A stretch of DNA of 64,000 nucleotides from Acidobacteriota bacterium (GTDB lineage Bacteria > Acidobacteriota > Thermoanaerobaculia > Multivoradales > UBA5704), in NCBI GenBank assembly GCA_040005235.1, contig JBDTZG010000006.1:64001-128000 (forward strand). The letters are read 5' to 3'. Positions 30,061 to 39,759 of this stretch are shown piece after piece. The notes below the pieces were generated by a model, which ran no database searches, was not told the origin of the DNA, and saw only the letters and a program-made list of their open reading frames with translations. A program made the position numbers and the translations under genes. Every line of letters begins with the position of its first letter. Position 1 is the stretch's first letter.

Positions 30061-32153
30061 CAGCGTCGACCTCCGCCGAGCAGGACGCGAAGGCCCGGAA
30101 TCAGCGCGGTCGCGAGCGGCTCGGAGCGAAGGCTCACCTCGGCGTTGCCCCACATGCCGTCATAGAACGCGTACCGGTGGCCGTCGACCGTGAATCCCGA
30201 CTCGGGCAGCCGCGCCCAGGCGAACACCACCGGGCCGGAAATCTGCGCCCCTTCTCCAACCCCCGAGCCGAGCATACGCCGGGCCTCTTCGGGGCCAAGC
30301 ACCTCGTCGCTCACCGACTCGATCTGCAACCGCTGGTAGGCATAGCGAAAGCCATCGAGCTCCAGGCGGATCGGCAGTCCCGCCTCTAGCTGCGGCCGGA
30401 CCTTGCCGGGCAAAAGCACGGCGACCCGCGGTGCGCCGCCGGTCTGCGCGCCGGTCGAAAGCGATGCGATCACTTGGCCCGGAACCACCTGCTGCCCGGC
30501 GCGGACCCGGACGTCGGCGACCACCCCGGCGCGCGGCGCGCGCACGTCGCGCTCGGCTAGCCGCGATTTCGCCAGCTCGATCTGGCCGGCGAGGCCGATC
30601 AACGCCGATTCGGCGCCCCGATCGCCGGGATCGCGCAATCGGGAGGCGAGTTGCAGCTCGAACTCTCCTTCCAGCTGCGAAAGCTCGGCCGCCTCCGGTC
30701 CGCCGTAGAGATGGACCAGGGTGGCTCCTTCCGCCACCCGGGTGCCGGGCGGCGCCTCGATCGAGGCGACCGTTCCGGCGGCGGTTGCGGTGATCTCGCT
30801 CCGCCCGCCGAGCCGGATGACGGCGACGCCGGTCGAGCGCTCGTGAATCCGGCCGAAGATCAGGAACAAAAGGCCGATTCCGGCCATCCCGAGCAGCAGC
30901 CACGACGCCCAATCGATCCAGACCGGCGAAATGCGCAGAAGATCGCCCTCCTTCCGCGCCGAGGTCATGTGAAAGTCGAGTGCCTCTTCGCGGAAGACGT
31001 CGAGCGCCCCTTCGCGCAGCTGGCGCTCCTCGCGCTTGCCCTGCTCGGCGAGCCGCGATTCGAGGGCGAGCTGGGCGAGAGCTGGGGCCGCCCGCTCGGC
31101 GTAGAGCGCCAACGCCGCGCGATCGGCGGCGGAGAACGGTTCGGCACCCGGATCGCGCAGGGCGGCAAGCACCGCGATGACCGGAGCCGGGACTGGCGGA
31201 GCTCCGGGAACCGCCTGGCCGTCGGGGGACGGCCCGCCCGCGGCGGGATCGCGCACCGCGATCGCGGCGAACGGCCCTTGACCGGAACCTTCCGGATCGT
31301 CGGCCTCGCGCTCGAAGCGGGGATCGTCCGCCAGCCGCGCCGCCGCGACCGACCGGCCGGTGCGCGCGACGAAGCTGACCACGCCGACCGCCGCGCTCTC
31401 GCGCCGCTCCTCGGCGGACATGCCGCCCCGCCGCTCCCAAAGCACCTCGGTCTCGGCGTCGTACAGCAGTACGTGGGCGCGGGAGGCGCCGATCAGATCG
31501 GCCAGGTCCTCGCGTACCAGATAGGCCACGGCGGCCGGGTCGCGCTCGCCCGCCAGCCGGCCTGCGGCGGTGAGCACCCGCCGCGAAAGCTCCGCCCGCT
31601 CGTCACGCTTTGGCACCGGAAGGGCAACGGTCCCGGCGAGCGCGAGCCCTTCGGCCTGCGGCTTGACCGGGTTCGCGGCCTTGGCCGGCACCCGGTCGGT
31701 GAAGTCGTCCTGGATGCGTAGCGCCCGGAACCGGGAGATCGCGCTTTCGAGCAGAGCGGAAAGATCCTCGCCGCCGATCGACTGCAGGCTGAGGAAGAAG
31801 ATCCGGTCCTCGTCGATCAGCTCCTGGAAGACGGCGGGATCGGGGCCGCCGGAGGCGAGAAGATGGAGAGTACGTGCCTCCGGAAAGCGTTCGCGCAGCG
31901 ATTCCAGCAGATGCCGCGCCGGGAGACCCGAAAATCCGGGCCCCAAGGCGAGCACCGCCACTTCGCCGTCTGTCTCGGCCCGGGCAAAGCGCGCGATGAC
32001 CTCGGCTTCGGTGCGGGCGGCCTCTACATCCACGTCATCGCCGAAACGCCGACGCTGCGCCTCGGTCTCCGCCTCGGAGAATCCGGCGAGCAGCAACGAC
32101 GCCTCCGGTTCCGGGGCGCGGACCAACCTCATCGTGTCGCGGTTCGTAGCCAC
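30060..32153 (-). CDS. HlyD-type adaptor fused to N-terminal pseudo-receiver and GAF domains
   Basis: Degenerate REC-like N-terminus; GAF (GVVSFVARTG...DDPRF...D...PFSAAD); FREEAL, one TM, lipoyl half-motifs (VRAPRAGVV). Confidence 0.8.
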   Translation of the reverse strand: MATNRDTMRLVRAPEPEASLLLAGFSEAETEAQRRRFGDDVDVEAARTEAEVIARFARAETDGEVAVLALGPGFSGLPARHLLESLRERFPEARTLHLLASGGPDPAVFQELIDEDRIFFLSLQSIGGEDLSALLESAISRFRALRIQDDFTDRVPAKAANPVKPQAEGLALAGTVALPVPKRDERAELSRRVLTAAGRLAGERDPAAVAYLVREDLADLIGASRAHVLLYDAETEVLWERRGGMSAEERRESAAVGVVSFVARTGRSVAAARLADDPRFEREADDPEGSGQGPFAAIAVRDPAAGGPSPDGQAVPGAPPVPAPVIAVLAALRDPGAEPFSAADRAALALYAERAAPALAQLALESRLAEQGKREERQLREGALDVFREEALDFHMTSARKEGDLLRISPVWIDWASWLLLGMAGIGLLFLIFGRIHERSTGVAVIRLGGRSEITATAAGTVASIEAPPGTRVAEGATLVHLYGGPEAAELSQLEGEFELQLASRLRDPGDRGAESALIGLAGQIELAKSRLAERDVRAPRAGVVADVRVRAGQQVVPGQVIASLSTGAQTGGAPRVAVLLPGKVRPQLEAGLPIRLELDGFRYAYQRLQIESVSDEVLGPEEARRMLGSGVGEGAQISGPVVFAWARLPESGFTVDGHRYAFYDGMWGNAEVSLRSEPLATALIPGLRVLLGGGRR

Positions 32154-32200
32154 AAATCCTTGTCCTGATGCGAGATAAGCATCCTCTCCAGAATTGACCG

Positions 32201-32229
32201 AGCATAAGTTCGCCCCGCCTGCGGGTCAA
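32201..32229 (-). promoter_or_regulatory. Sigma70-type promoter of the adaptor-PCAT operon
   Basis: Minus strand TTGACC-N17-TATGCT about 48 nt upstream of the GTG. Confidence 0.6.
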
Positions 32230-32391
32230 GGCGAACGAAGCTTCTGTAGGTCTACGGTGCCGCGGGCAGGGTGTTGTGCGCCGGCAACGGTTCGACGTCG
32301 GGTGAGCGACCAAGTATTACGGGCCGGTGCATGCTTCGTGTCCCGCCGTTGTGCGAAACTTCCCGCTCTTCCCGGGAAGGAATCGCATCGG

Positions 32392-33933
32392 TTGAACCTC
32401 TTCGGCGGGCAATCCTTGATCGGTTGGCAGGATTTCGGTGTCCTGGCAGTGCTGCTTTTGACGATGGTCGCGGTCGGGGCCTTCTTCGAGCGGCGGCAGA
32501 CTTCGACATCCGAATTCTTCCTTGGCAAGCGGAGCATCCCGGCCTGGGCGGCGTGCTTGGCGTTCGTTGCCACCGAGGTAAGTGCGGTCACGATCATCGC
32601 GGTGCCGGCGACGGCGTTCCGGGAGAATTGGCAGTACCTTCAGATCTTTATCGGTTCGATCGCGGCGCGGCTGGCGATCGCGTTTCTGTTCATCCCTGCG
32701 TTCTACAAATTCGATTGCACCTCGATTTACCAGTTTCTCGGCCGCCGCTTCGGCCGCCTGACGCAAAGCACCGCGGCGATCTTCTTCTTCGTCACCCGGC
32801 TGCTCGGCTCCGGCGTCCGATTGATGGCCGCCTGTCTCGCGGTCTCCGTGCTACTCGGTTGGCCGATCGCCCCGGTGATCATCGTGTTCATCCTGGTGAG
32901 CATCCTCTACATGGGGCTCGGCGGCATGCGGGCGGTCATCTGGACCAATGTGATCCAGGCCCTGGTGATCGTGGTGGGGGGCTTGGCGACGCTCATCTTC
33001 CTACTCTCCCGGATCGACGGCGGATTTTCGGGCGTCGTGGCGCTCGCCGGGCCGGCGGGTCGCTTGAGCCTGTTCCATTGGGGACCGGCGCTCTCCGATC
33101 CGGCTTGGGCGCGGAAGTTCTTCTCCGATCCGAACATCGTCTGGATCGCGTTACTCAACGGCCTGTTCGGCTCGATGGCCGGGTTCGGCACCGACCAGGA
33201 TTTGATGCAGCGCCTGCTGACGGTCGATACCCGCAAATCGAGCCAACAGACGATGCTCTGGACCACCGTGGTGAGCCTGGGCGTGCTCGTGATCCACCTG
33301 TCGATCGGTACGGCGCTGTTCGCCTTCTACCGCCAGCACCCGGCGGAAGGACTGCCCTCGAACCTGGAAACCGTCTTTCCCCATTTCATCGGCCACGTCA
33401 TGCCGAGCTGGCTGCGCGGCCTGCTCCTGTCGTCGATCGTCCTTGCGAGCATCGACTCTCCTCTCGCGGCGCTTGCGACTTCGTTCGTCACCGACATCTA
33501 CCAGCCGCTGCGCGAATGGCTGGAACGGCCCGCCGGGGACGTTCACTATCTGCGCATCTCGCGGGTGAGCATCGTCGGCTTCGGATGCATCCTCGCCGTG
33601 CTCGCGTTCTGGTTCAGCTCGTTCGACAAGATCCTCTGGCTCGCGTTCAAGATCGGCGGCGTCACGTTCGGCTCCCTACTCGGAGTCTTCCTGCTCGGCC
33701 TGACCACCAAACGCCGGGCGAATCGCGCAAATCTGGTCGCGATGACCGCGAGCGCGGCGATCATGCTCGCCCTTTTGATTCTTTCCGAGAAGAAGATCGT
33801 CCCGCTCGGCTGGACCTGGCTGGTCGTCCTAGGCACAGTCGTCGCCTACGGCGGAGCCTGGCTGCTCGCCCCCTGGCTCGACCACCGAGAAGAGGGCCTC
33901 GCCGGGCCGATCGTCCCTGCGGTGGAGGGGTAG
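32392..33933 (+). CDS. Sodium:solute symporter family protein
   Basis: EFFLGKRSIP, VATEVSAVT, SIYQFLGRRFG, GGMRAVIWT, GTDQDLMQR; many TM segments; TTG start inferred. Confidence 0.88.
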   Translation: MNLFGGQSLIGWQDFGVLAVLLLTMVAVGAFFERRQTSTSEFFLGKRSIPAWAACLAFVATEVSAVTIIAVPATAFRENWQYLQIFIGSIAARLAIAFLFIPAFYKFDCTSIYQFLGRRFGRLTQSTAAIFFFVTRLLGSGVRLMAACLAVSVLLGWPIAPVIIVFILVSILYMGLGGMRAVIWTNVIQALVIVVGGLATLIFLLSRIDGGFSGVVALAGPAGRLSLFHWGPALSDPAWARKFFSDPNIVWIALLNGLFGSMAGFGTDQDLMQRLLTVDTRKSSQQTMLWTTVVSLGVLVIHLSIGTALFAFYRQHPAEGLPSNLETVFPHFIGHVMPSWLRGLLLSSIVLASIDSPLAALATSFVTDIYQPLREWLERPAGDVHYLRISRVSIVGFGCILAVLAFWFSSFDKILWLAFKIGGVTFGSLLGVFLLGLTTKRRANRANLVAMTASAAIMLALLILSEKKIVPLGWTWLVVLGTVVAYGGAWLLAPWLDHREEGLAGPIVPAVEG

Positions 33934-34010
33934 GGGGCGAGGTGCGTACCCCGTGGGCCTCTTGGCAGCGGCGGCCGGTCGCGATATCACTGTCCACCCG
34001 AAGGGACCCC

Positions 34011-34535
34011 ATGCACCTCATCCTGATCCGCCACGCCATCGCCGCCGACCGTTCGGACTTCGAATCGAGCGACGACCTGCGTCCCCTCACCGAAGAGGGG
34101 AAAAAGAAGATGCAGCGCGCCGCCCGAGGCCTGCGCGTGGCGGTGCCTTCGATCGAACTGCTCGCGACCAGCCCTCTCGTGCGGGCGGTGGCCACTGGGG
34201 CGATCTTGGAAGAAGCCTATTCGGATCAACGACCTCGGCCGGATGTGCGGGAGGTCGACGAGCTGCGCCCGGGCGCGGAGCCGGACGAACTCTTGGCCTG
34301 GCTCGATCTTCAAACGGCCGATCCGATCGCCCTGGTGGGTCACGAACCGGATCTCTCCGAGCTGCTTTCCCGCCTGGTCGGCGCAGGTCGGCCGTTTCAC
34401 CGCTTCCGCAAAGGGGGTACGGTGTGCGTCGCATTCCCAGGCCGGGTCGAAGCGGGAGCGGGAACGCTTTCTTGGGTGTTGTCTCCCGGGCTGCTGCGCG
34501 AGCTGGGGTCGAGCAAGAAGGAGGGCGGGCGATGA
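34011..34535 (+). CDS. sixA: Phosphohistidine phosphatase SixA family
   Basis: LILIRHAIA, RPLTEEG, TSPLVRA, LVGHEPDL, KGG. Confidence 0.88.
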   Translation: MHLILIRHAIAADRSDFESSDDLRPLTEEGKKKMQRAARGLRVAVPSIELLATSPLVRAVATGAILEEAYSDQRPRPDVREVDELRPGAEPDELLAWLDLQTADPIALVGHEPDLSELLSRLVGAGRPFHRFRKGGTVCVAFPGRVEAGAGTLSWVLSPGLLRELGSSKKEGGR

Positions 34536-35614
34536 GCGAAGACACCGATCCACCGCAGGCCGCGCCGCCGACCCCTCCAATCCTCTGGGCCGAACGCGAT
34601 CCCGACGAAGGGACGCGGCGGCTGGCGCTCGGCTTTCTCGACCAAGCGGCGGCGGCCAAGGATCGGATTTGCGATCCGGACGACGCCGAAGCCCTGCACG
34701 ACTTTCGCGTCGGTTTGCGCCGGTTGCGCAGCACGCTCGGCACCTATCGAGATCTCCTCGGAAAGAGCGTCGGCAAGAAGCTCGCGAAACGGCTCAAGGC
34801 GTTGGCGGATTCGACCGGCGAGGGGCGCGATGCGGAGGTGGCGCTCGCCTGGATCGACGAGGTTGGGCAGGCCGACCCTCCCCCTGTCCCTTCCGCCAAG
34901 CCGGGGCACCGGTGGCTCCGTTCGCGACTCGCCGCGGTGCGCGAACGCGCCTACGCCGAGATCGCCCAGAGGATCGTAGAGGGATTCGAGCCGCTCGCCG
35001 AGCGCCTGCACGAGCGGTTGTCGGTGTATCGCGCGGAAGTTCGGCTCGATGGGTCGAGTGCGCCGCGCCGATTCGGCGAGGTGGCCGCCGCCGAGCTTGA
35101 GCGTTTGGGACAACGGATCGAAAAAGATCTGGCCGCGATCGACTCGGCCGAAGACGAGGAAAACTCTCATCGAGCCCGGATCACCGCGAAGCGGATGCGC
35201 TACCTCCTCGAGCCGTTCGCCGCGGAAAGCCCGGAGGCGCGCGCCGCGGCGAAGAGGCTGAAGCAGCTCCAGGAGCTACTCGGGGAGCTGCACGACGCCC
35301 ACGTCCTGGAGCGGACACTCGCCGAAGCCACGGCGGAAGCCGGAGCGGAACGCGCGCGGCGGCTGTTCGATCTGGCTCTCTCGGAGGCGACCCCGGCCGA
35401 TCTTGCCGCCGCTCGCCGCCGTCCGCTCGAAAGCGGGCTGTTCGATCTCGGACGAAGAAACCGCGGGCGGCGCGACGCGCTGTTCGCGCGGCTGGCGATG
35501 GGCTGGCTCGCCAGGTCCGAACGCTCCGGAACGCCGAAAGATCTCGCGGGTCTCGCGCGGGATCTGGTCCGGGCGGCCGAAGCGCTCGCGACGGTTTCGA
35601 ATCAATCCGGGTAG
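34532..35614 (+). CDS. CHAD domain protein
   Basis: EALHDFRVGLRRLRS, RDAEV, HRARITAKRMRYLLE, LQELLGELHD; ATGA overlap with sixA. Confidence 0.9.
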   Translation: MSEDTDPPQAAPPTPPILWAERDPDEGTRRLALGFLDQAAAAKDRICDPDDAEALHDFRVGLRRLRSTLGTYRDLLGKSVGKKLAKRLKALADSTGEGRDAEVALAWIDEVGQADPPPVPSAKPGHRWLRSRLAAVRERAYAEIAQRIVEGFEPLAERLHERLSVYRAEVRLDGSSAPRRFGEVAAAELERLGQRIEKDLAAIDSAEDEENSHRARITAKRMRYLLEPFAAESPEARAAAKRLKQLQELLGELHDAHVLERTLAEATAEAGAERARRLFDLALSEATPADLAAARRRPLESGLFDLGRRNRGRRDALFARLAMGWLARSERSGTPKDLAGLARDLVRAAEALATVSNQSG

Positions 35615-36012
35615 ACGAACGTCACGGTCTTATCCACCTCGGGCAGCAGAGTCCGGTGGACCGGACAGTGATGCGCGGCGCGTTCGAGCTTTGTCCTCTG
35701 ATCGGTGTTGAGGCCCGCGGGCATGCGGATCTCGACCGGGATCGCGCCGATCCGCCGCGGATCGTTCGCCATGTGCTTTTCGATCCGGAAGGTGAATTCC
35801 TCCGCCGCGATGCCGTCGCGCTCGGCGACGATCGCCATCGTGGTCACCATGCATGAGCCGAGCGCGGCGGCCACCAGATCGGTGGGCGAAAACGAGCTGC
35901 CGTCTCCCTTGTTGTCGACCGGGGCGGCGGTGCGAAGGACCGCGCCCGAGGGGCCGTGGACCATCTCCGTCTTCAAATTGCTCAGGTATTTTCCCGTGAT
36001 CTCGACGGCCAT
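35602..36012 (-). CDS. OsmC/Ohr family protein
   Basis: APVDNKGDGSSFSPTDLVAAALGSC...CPVHRTL. Confidence 0.88.
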   Translation of the reverse strand: MAVEITGKYLSNLKTEMVHGPSGAVLRTAAPVDNKGDGSSFSPTDLVAAALGSCMVTTMAIVAERDGIAAEEFTFRIEKHMANDPRRIGAIPVEIRMPAGLNTDQRTKLERAAHHCPVHRTLLPEVDKTVTFVYPD

Positions 36013-36036
36013 CTTCAAATCTCCTTGGAATCGTTG

Positions 36037-36855
36037 TCAATCCAGCTCGGTGAAGAACGAAAGGTAGTCGTCGATCACCCGGTCGATCGAGGTCTGCTCG
36101 CGCACCCGGCGCATCGTTTCCAGGCCTGCCAGCCACTCGGGTCCGCCGAACGTGGCGCGCGCCTTTTCGATCCCGGCAAGCACGTCCGCCTCGCCGGACG
36201 AAGCCACATAGTAAGGATAGTCCGGGCCGAGCATCTCGATCGCGCTCTCGTCGCGCGTGGTGATCAAATTCGCCGCACAGGCCGCCGCGGTCGATACCTT
36301 GCAATTCGGTTTGTAGAGGAGCTCGGGACCCGGCTCGCGCACGGAAAGGTGGCAGTTGTAATCGAGCGCGCGACGGAAGTAATCGTCGTCGAAGCAGTCG
36401 ATTCCCGGCAACCGGCCCCAGAGCCGGAGCGATCGGGCGAGCCCGACGTAGGCGATCCGCAGCGACGCCCCCTCCAGCCGGTTCGGCTCGTAGCGCGGAT
36501 CCCACTGGTGGTGGATGATTCGATTCTTCTGCCCCGGCCGGCCGAAATCCTCGATCTGCCGGCGGTTCTTCCAGATCATGCCGTCGAAGAGAAACCGGTT
36601 CTTGATCCGTCGTTTGAACACCACCGTGTCCTGCACGTCGAGCACCGTCCGGTTGCCGTTCCGCTTCGCCCGCAGAAGGTGCCACCAACGCGAAGTCTTG
36701 ATGAACACCAGGATCGCATCGCGAACCGTTCGCACGTCGTCAGGGTACACCGACCACGCGTCGTGCCCGCGAGTCCGCAACGCCTCGGCGATCTGATCGC
36801 CGGCCATGACGGTCGAACCCTTGTCGTAATACTTGACGAAGAAGACTTTGCGCAT
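36037..36855 (-). CDS. Hypothetical protein, possibly a divergent GT-B glycosyltransferase
   Basis: Co-oriented in the operon; YKPNCKVSTAAAC..LITT resembles a GT-B donor-binding segment. Confidence 0.55.
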   Translation of the reverse strand: MRKVFFVKYYDKGSTVMAGDQIAEALRTRGHDAWSVYPDDVRTVRDAILVFIKTSRWWHLLRAKRNGNRTVLDVQDTVVFKRRIKNRFLFDGMIWKNRRQIEDFGRPGQKNRIIHHQWDPRYEPNRLEGASLRIAYVGLARSLRLWGRLPGIDCFDDDYFRRALDYNCHLSVREPGPELLYKPNCKVSTAAACAANLITTRDESAIEMLGPDYPYYVASSGEADVLAGIEKARATFGGPEWLAGLETMRRVREQTSIDRVIDDYLSFFTELD

Positions 36856-36867
36856 GGGGGGCGGGCG

Positions 36868-37242
36868 TTACGCTCCGAACATCGCGGGCGACAGGCCGAT
36901 GTCCACGATGCTGCAACCGGGGCGGATGGGAATCCCCAGGCTGCGGGCTTCTTCGAGTACCTTCGAATCGTAGGCGCCGGGATTGAGCCAGACTTCGCCG
37001 GCTTTGGCGGCTTCGATCTCGGAGAGGTAGTCGAGCGTCACCGGCGGCGGCAGGTAGACGCTGATGCGATCGAGCGCTTCGGGGACGTCGGCGAGCTTCG
37101 TGAACGCGGGAAAGCCTTCGATTTCTTTTTCGGTCGGGTTGATCGGAAAGACCTGATAACCCGCGTGGGCGTAGGCCCGAACGCATTTGTTACCGAACTT
37201 GTTGCGGTTCGACGAGGCTCCGAGCACGGCGATGGTCGGCAT
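36868..37242 (-). CDS. CoA-binding protein (YccU-like)
   Basis: IAVLGASSNRNKFG, VFPINP, VWLNPG, CSIV; GAGGAGG RBS. Confidence 0.9.
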   Translation of the reverse strand: MPTIAVLGASSNRNKFGNKCVRAYAHAGYQVFPINPTEKEIEGFPAFTKLADVPEALDRISVYLPPPVTLDYLSEIEAAKAGEVWLNPGAYDSKVLEEARSLGIPIRPGCSIVDIGLSPAMFGA

Positions 37243-37280
37243 GTGGATGTTCCTCCTCAAGATCTAGAACGCGTGGGAGC

Positions 37281-39251
37281 TCACGCGCCTTCCGGGCGCA
37301 CGACCATCCGGTCGTCGCCCATTCGGCGCGTGGCGCCCGTCGAGTCGAGATGTTCGAGCAGCGGGATCGCCCATTTGCGCGTTAGTCCGAAATGGTCCTT
37401 GAACTGGCCGACGTTGAAACGTGGCCAGCCGGTTGCGAACAGCCGGCGTTTCAGCTCGGCGACCGCGGAGGCGGCGAGGATCAGGCCGGAGGGGAGCTTG
37501 ATCAGCTCACCCTTCGCCACCAGGTGGCGGATCACTCCGTCCACGATCTGGGGTTTGGCGGAGAGCGCCTGCCCTAGGTCGCCGGGCGAAGGGGGGGCGA
37601 GACCGCCGGCATCGAAGCGCGCGAGCACTTGAGTCGACAGGTCCGACTCCTCCGAGGTGAGCTGCGAGCCGCGGCCGGGGAGCGTCACCTGATCGCCTGA
37701 GACCTGAAGGATCTTCTGCTTGGCGAGCCAGTCGAGGTAGACATCCGCCAGCTCCGCGCCGCGACCGCGCACGATGCGGCGTACGGCATCCGCCTTGGGA
37801 ATCGCGACCGCCAGCCGGTCGCGCTTGAAATGCTCGGCCAGCACCTTGGCGGCCCGCTCCGCCAGCCGCTGGTAGGTCGCGGGAGCGAGAAATCGCCGGC
37901 CGCGGCCGGGGCCGGGCGGCACGGCGAGGAGCTTGCCTTGGTTGGTCAGTCGGCGGAGATCCGCTTCGATCGCGATTGGGCGCACACCCAGCCTCCGCGC
38001 GAGGTCGTCGATCTCCGCGCCGCGCTCTCCCGACTCCAGCACCCAGAAGCCGAGCGCCGCAGACAGCTCGCCCGAGCTCCCGAGCGCAGCCAGTGCGGGG
38101 GTAAGGAGCCTTCCGCGATAGGGCCGCCAGGCAGGATCGAGGATCTCACCGCCGCCGAGCGTCGCGGCGGGCGAGGGACGCCGGACGACGAATCGATCGC
38201 CGCGCCGGGCGACGACCGGCGCCGCGAGGCGGATCTCCGCCAGGCCGCGCTCGCCGGGGGCCAGCTCTGCCGGATCGAGCGGACGGAGGCGGCCGTAGAC
38301 CTCGCTCGCGAACAGGTGCAGTCGGATCGGCACGAAGCCCGAAAGGGAAGCGGGTGCATCGGGCAGCAGCTCGAAACGGACCAGCAGCCGCGCACTCACG
38401 GCGAAGGTTCCCGGTTCGACGAGCGTCAACCCACGCGACATCGCTTCGAGCGGCAGTCCGGCGATCTGGAGCGAGGTCCGCTCACCCGCTTCCGCCAGCT
38501 CGCGCGGCTCGCCGTGGACCTGAATGCTCCTCACCCGCACCCGCTCGCCGCCGGGTAGAACCTCCAGCGTGTCGCCGGTCCGGATCGCGCCGCTCGCGAG
38601 TGTGCCGGTGACGATCACCCCGAGGCCCTTGAGGTGGAACGCCCGATCGATCGGCAATCGAGTGGGCAGGCGGGGAAGGAGCGCCGCTTCGGCCGGCGTC
38701 GTTGCCTCGACCGCCGCATCCAGCATCGAAGGCTCGTACTCGGCACGATCGGCGAGCGCCAGGATCGCCGCCTCCAGCTCAAGGATTCCTTCACTTGTTG
38801 TGCTCGACACCGGCAGGATTGGCGACCCGGCAAATGGAGTCGCGGCAAGCAGCTCTTCGACTTCAAGCTGCGCCAGCTCGCGGAGGTCTTCGGTCACCAG
38901 ATCGATCTTGGTGAGCGCGACCAGTCCGTAGGGGATGCCGAGCAGCGAGCAGACGGCCAAATGCTCGCGGGTCTGGGGCTTCACCCCTTCGTCGGCCGCC
39001 ACCACCAGCAGCATTGCGCGGATGCCCCCGAGCCCGGCGAGCGCGTTGTGCAGAAACCGCTCGTGGCCGGGGACGTCGACGAAACCGATCTGCAGATCGC
39101 CGCGGGAGAGGTGGGCGAAGCCGAGATCGATCGTGATTCCCCGGGCTTTCTCCTCCGCCCAGCGATCGCAATCGATGCCGGTGAGCGCCCGGACGAGCGA
39201 GGTCTTGCCGTGGTCGATATGCCCGGCGGTGCCGATCACGAATCTGCGCAT
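37281..39251 (-). CDS. selB: Selenocysteine-specific elongation factor
   Basis: [35 protein letters not shown]-terminal winged helix [14 protein letters not shown]. Confidence 0.95.
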   Translation of the reverse strand: MRRFVIGTAGHIDHGKTSLVRALTGIDCDRWAEEKARGITIDLGFAHLSRGDLQIGFVDVPGHERFLHNALAGLGGIRAMLLVVAADEGVKPQTREHLAVCSLLGIPYGLVALTKIDLVTEDLRELAQLEVEELLAATPFAGSPILPVSSTTSEGILELEAAILALADRAEYEPSMLDAAVEATTPAEAALLPRLPTRLPIDRAFHLKGLGVIVTGTLASGAIRTGDTLEVLPGGERVRVRSIQVHGEPRELAEAGERTSLQIAGLPLEAMSRGLTLVEPGTFAVSARLLVRFELLPDAPASLSGFVPIRLHLFASEVYGRLRPLDPAELAPGERGLAEIRLAAPVVARRGDRFVVRRPSPAATLGGGEILDPAWRPYRGRLLTPALAALGSSGELSAALGFWVLESGERGAEIDDLARRLGVRPIAIEADLRRLTNQGKLLAVPPGPGRGRRFLAPATYQRLAERAAKVLAEHFKRDRLAVAIPKADAVRRIVRGRGAELADVYLDWLAKQKILQVSGDQVTLPGRGSQLTSEESDLSTQVLARFDAGGLAPPSPGDLGQALSAKPQIVDGVIRHLVAKGELIKLPSGLILAASAVAELKRRLFATGWPRFNVGQFKDHFGLTRKWAIPLLEHLDSTGATRRMGDDRMVVRPEGA

Positions 39252-39706
39252 CAGCGGGACTGGAGGATCTCTTTGCTGATCCGCGAGAGCGTCGCCCCGT
39301 CCGCGCCTGCGCCGAACTTCTCGCGCAGCGCCTTCATCAGCACCCCCATGCCCGCTCCGGGAGCCAGGCCCTGGGCCGCCGCGATCTCCTCGGCCGCGGC
39401 GCGGATCGTCGCCTCGTCCACCTGGGCCGGAAGGTAGGAGGAGAGGATCTCCTTCTCGCGCAGCTCCTTGGCTGCCAGCTCAGGGCGGTCGCCTTTGGTG
39501 AATTGCTCCGCCGCCTCGTCGCGCTGCTTGATCGCCCGGCGGACCAAGACGACGAATCCGGCCTCATCCACCTCGCCGCTCTTGATCGCCTCGTTGTTCA
39601 ACTCCGTGAGCAGCATGCGGAGCGTCGACAACCGCTCTTTCTCGCCCGCCTTCATCGCGGTTCGCAGATCGATTTCCAGCCGGTGTTGCGGAGTCTCGGT
39701 AGCCAT
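39251..39706 (-). CDS. yqeY: GatB/YqeY domain protein
   Basis: [16 protein letters not shown]...[28 protein letters not shown]. Confidence 0.92.
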   Translation of the reverse strand: MATETPQHRLEIDLRTAMKAGEKERLSTLRMLLTELNNEAIKSGEVDEAGFVVLVRRAIKQRDEAAEQFTKGDRPELAAKELREKEILSSYLPAQVDEATIRAAAEEIAAAQGLAPGAGMGVLMKALREKFGAGADGATLSRISKEILQSR

Positions 39707-39759
39707 GCCGGGATTATCCCGGATTTCGGTCTCGGGTGCCTGGAAGGAAGGGCTGCGCC

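Noticed and set aside
32154-32391. RiPP precursor ORF or riboswitch upstream of the PCAT operon
   Set aside because: No double-glycine leader ORF or known aptamer consensus; the region is explained by divergent promoters.
37281-39251. Selenoprotein (in-frame UGA) genes near selB
   Set aside because: Neighbouring genes appear full length and I saw no UGA-interrupted frame with conserved continuation; not checked exhaustively.
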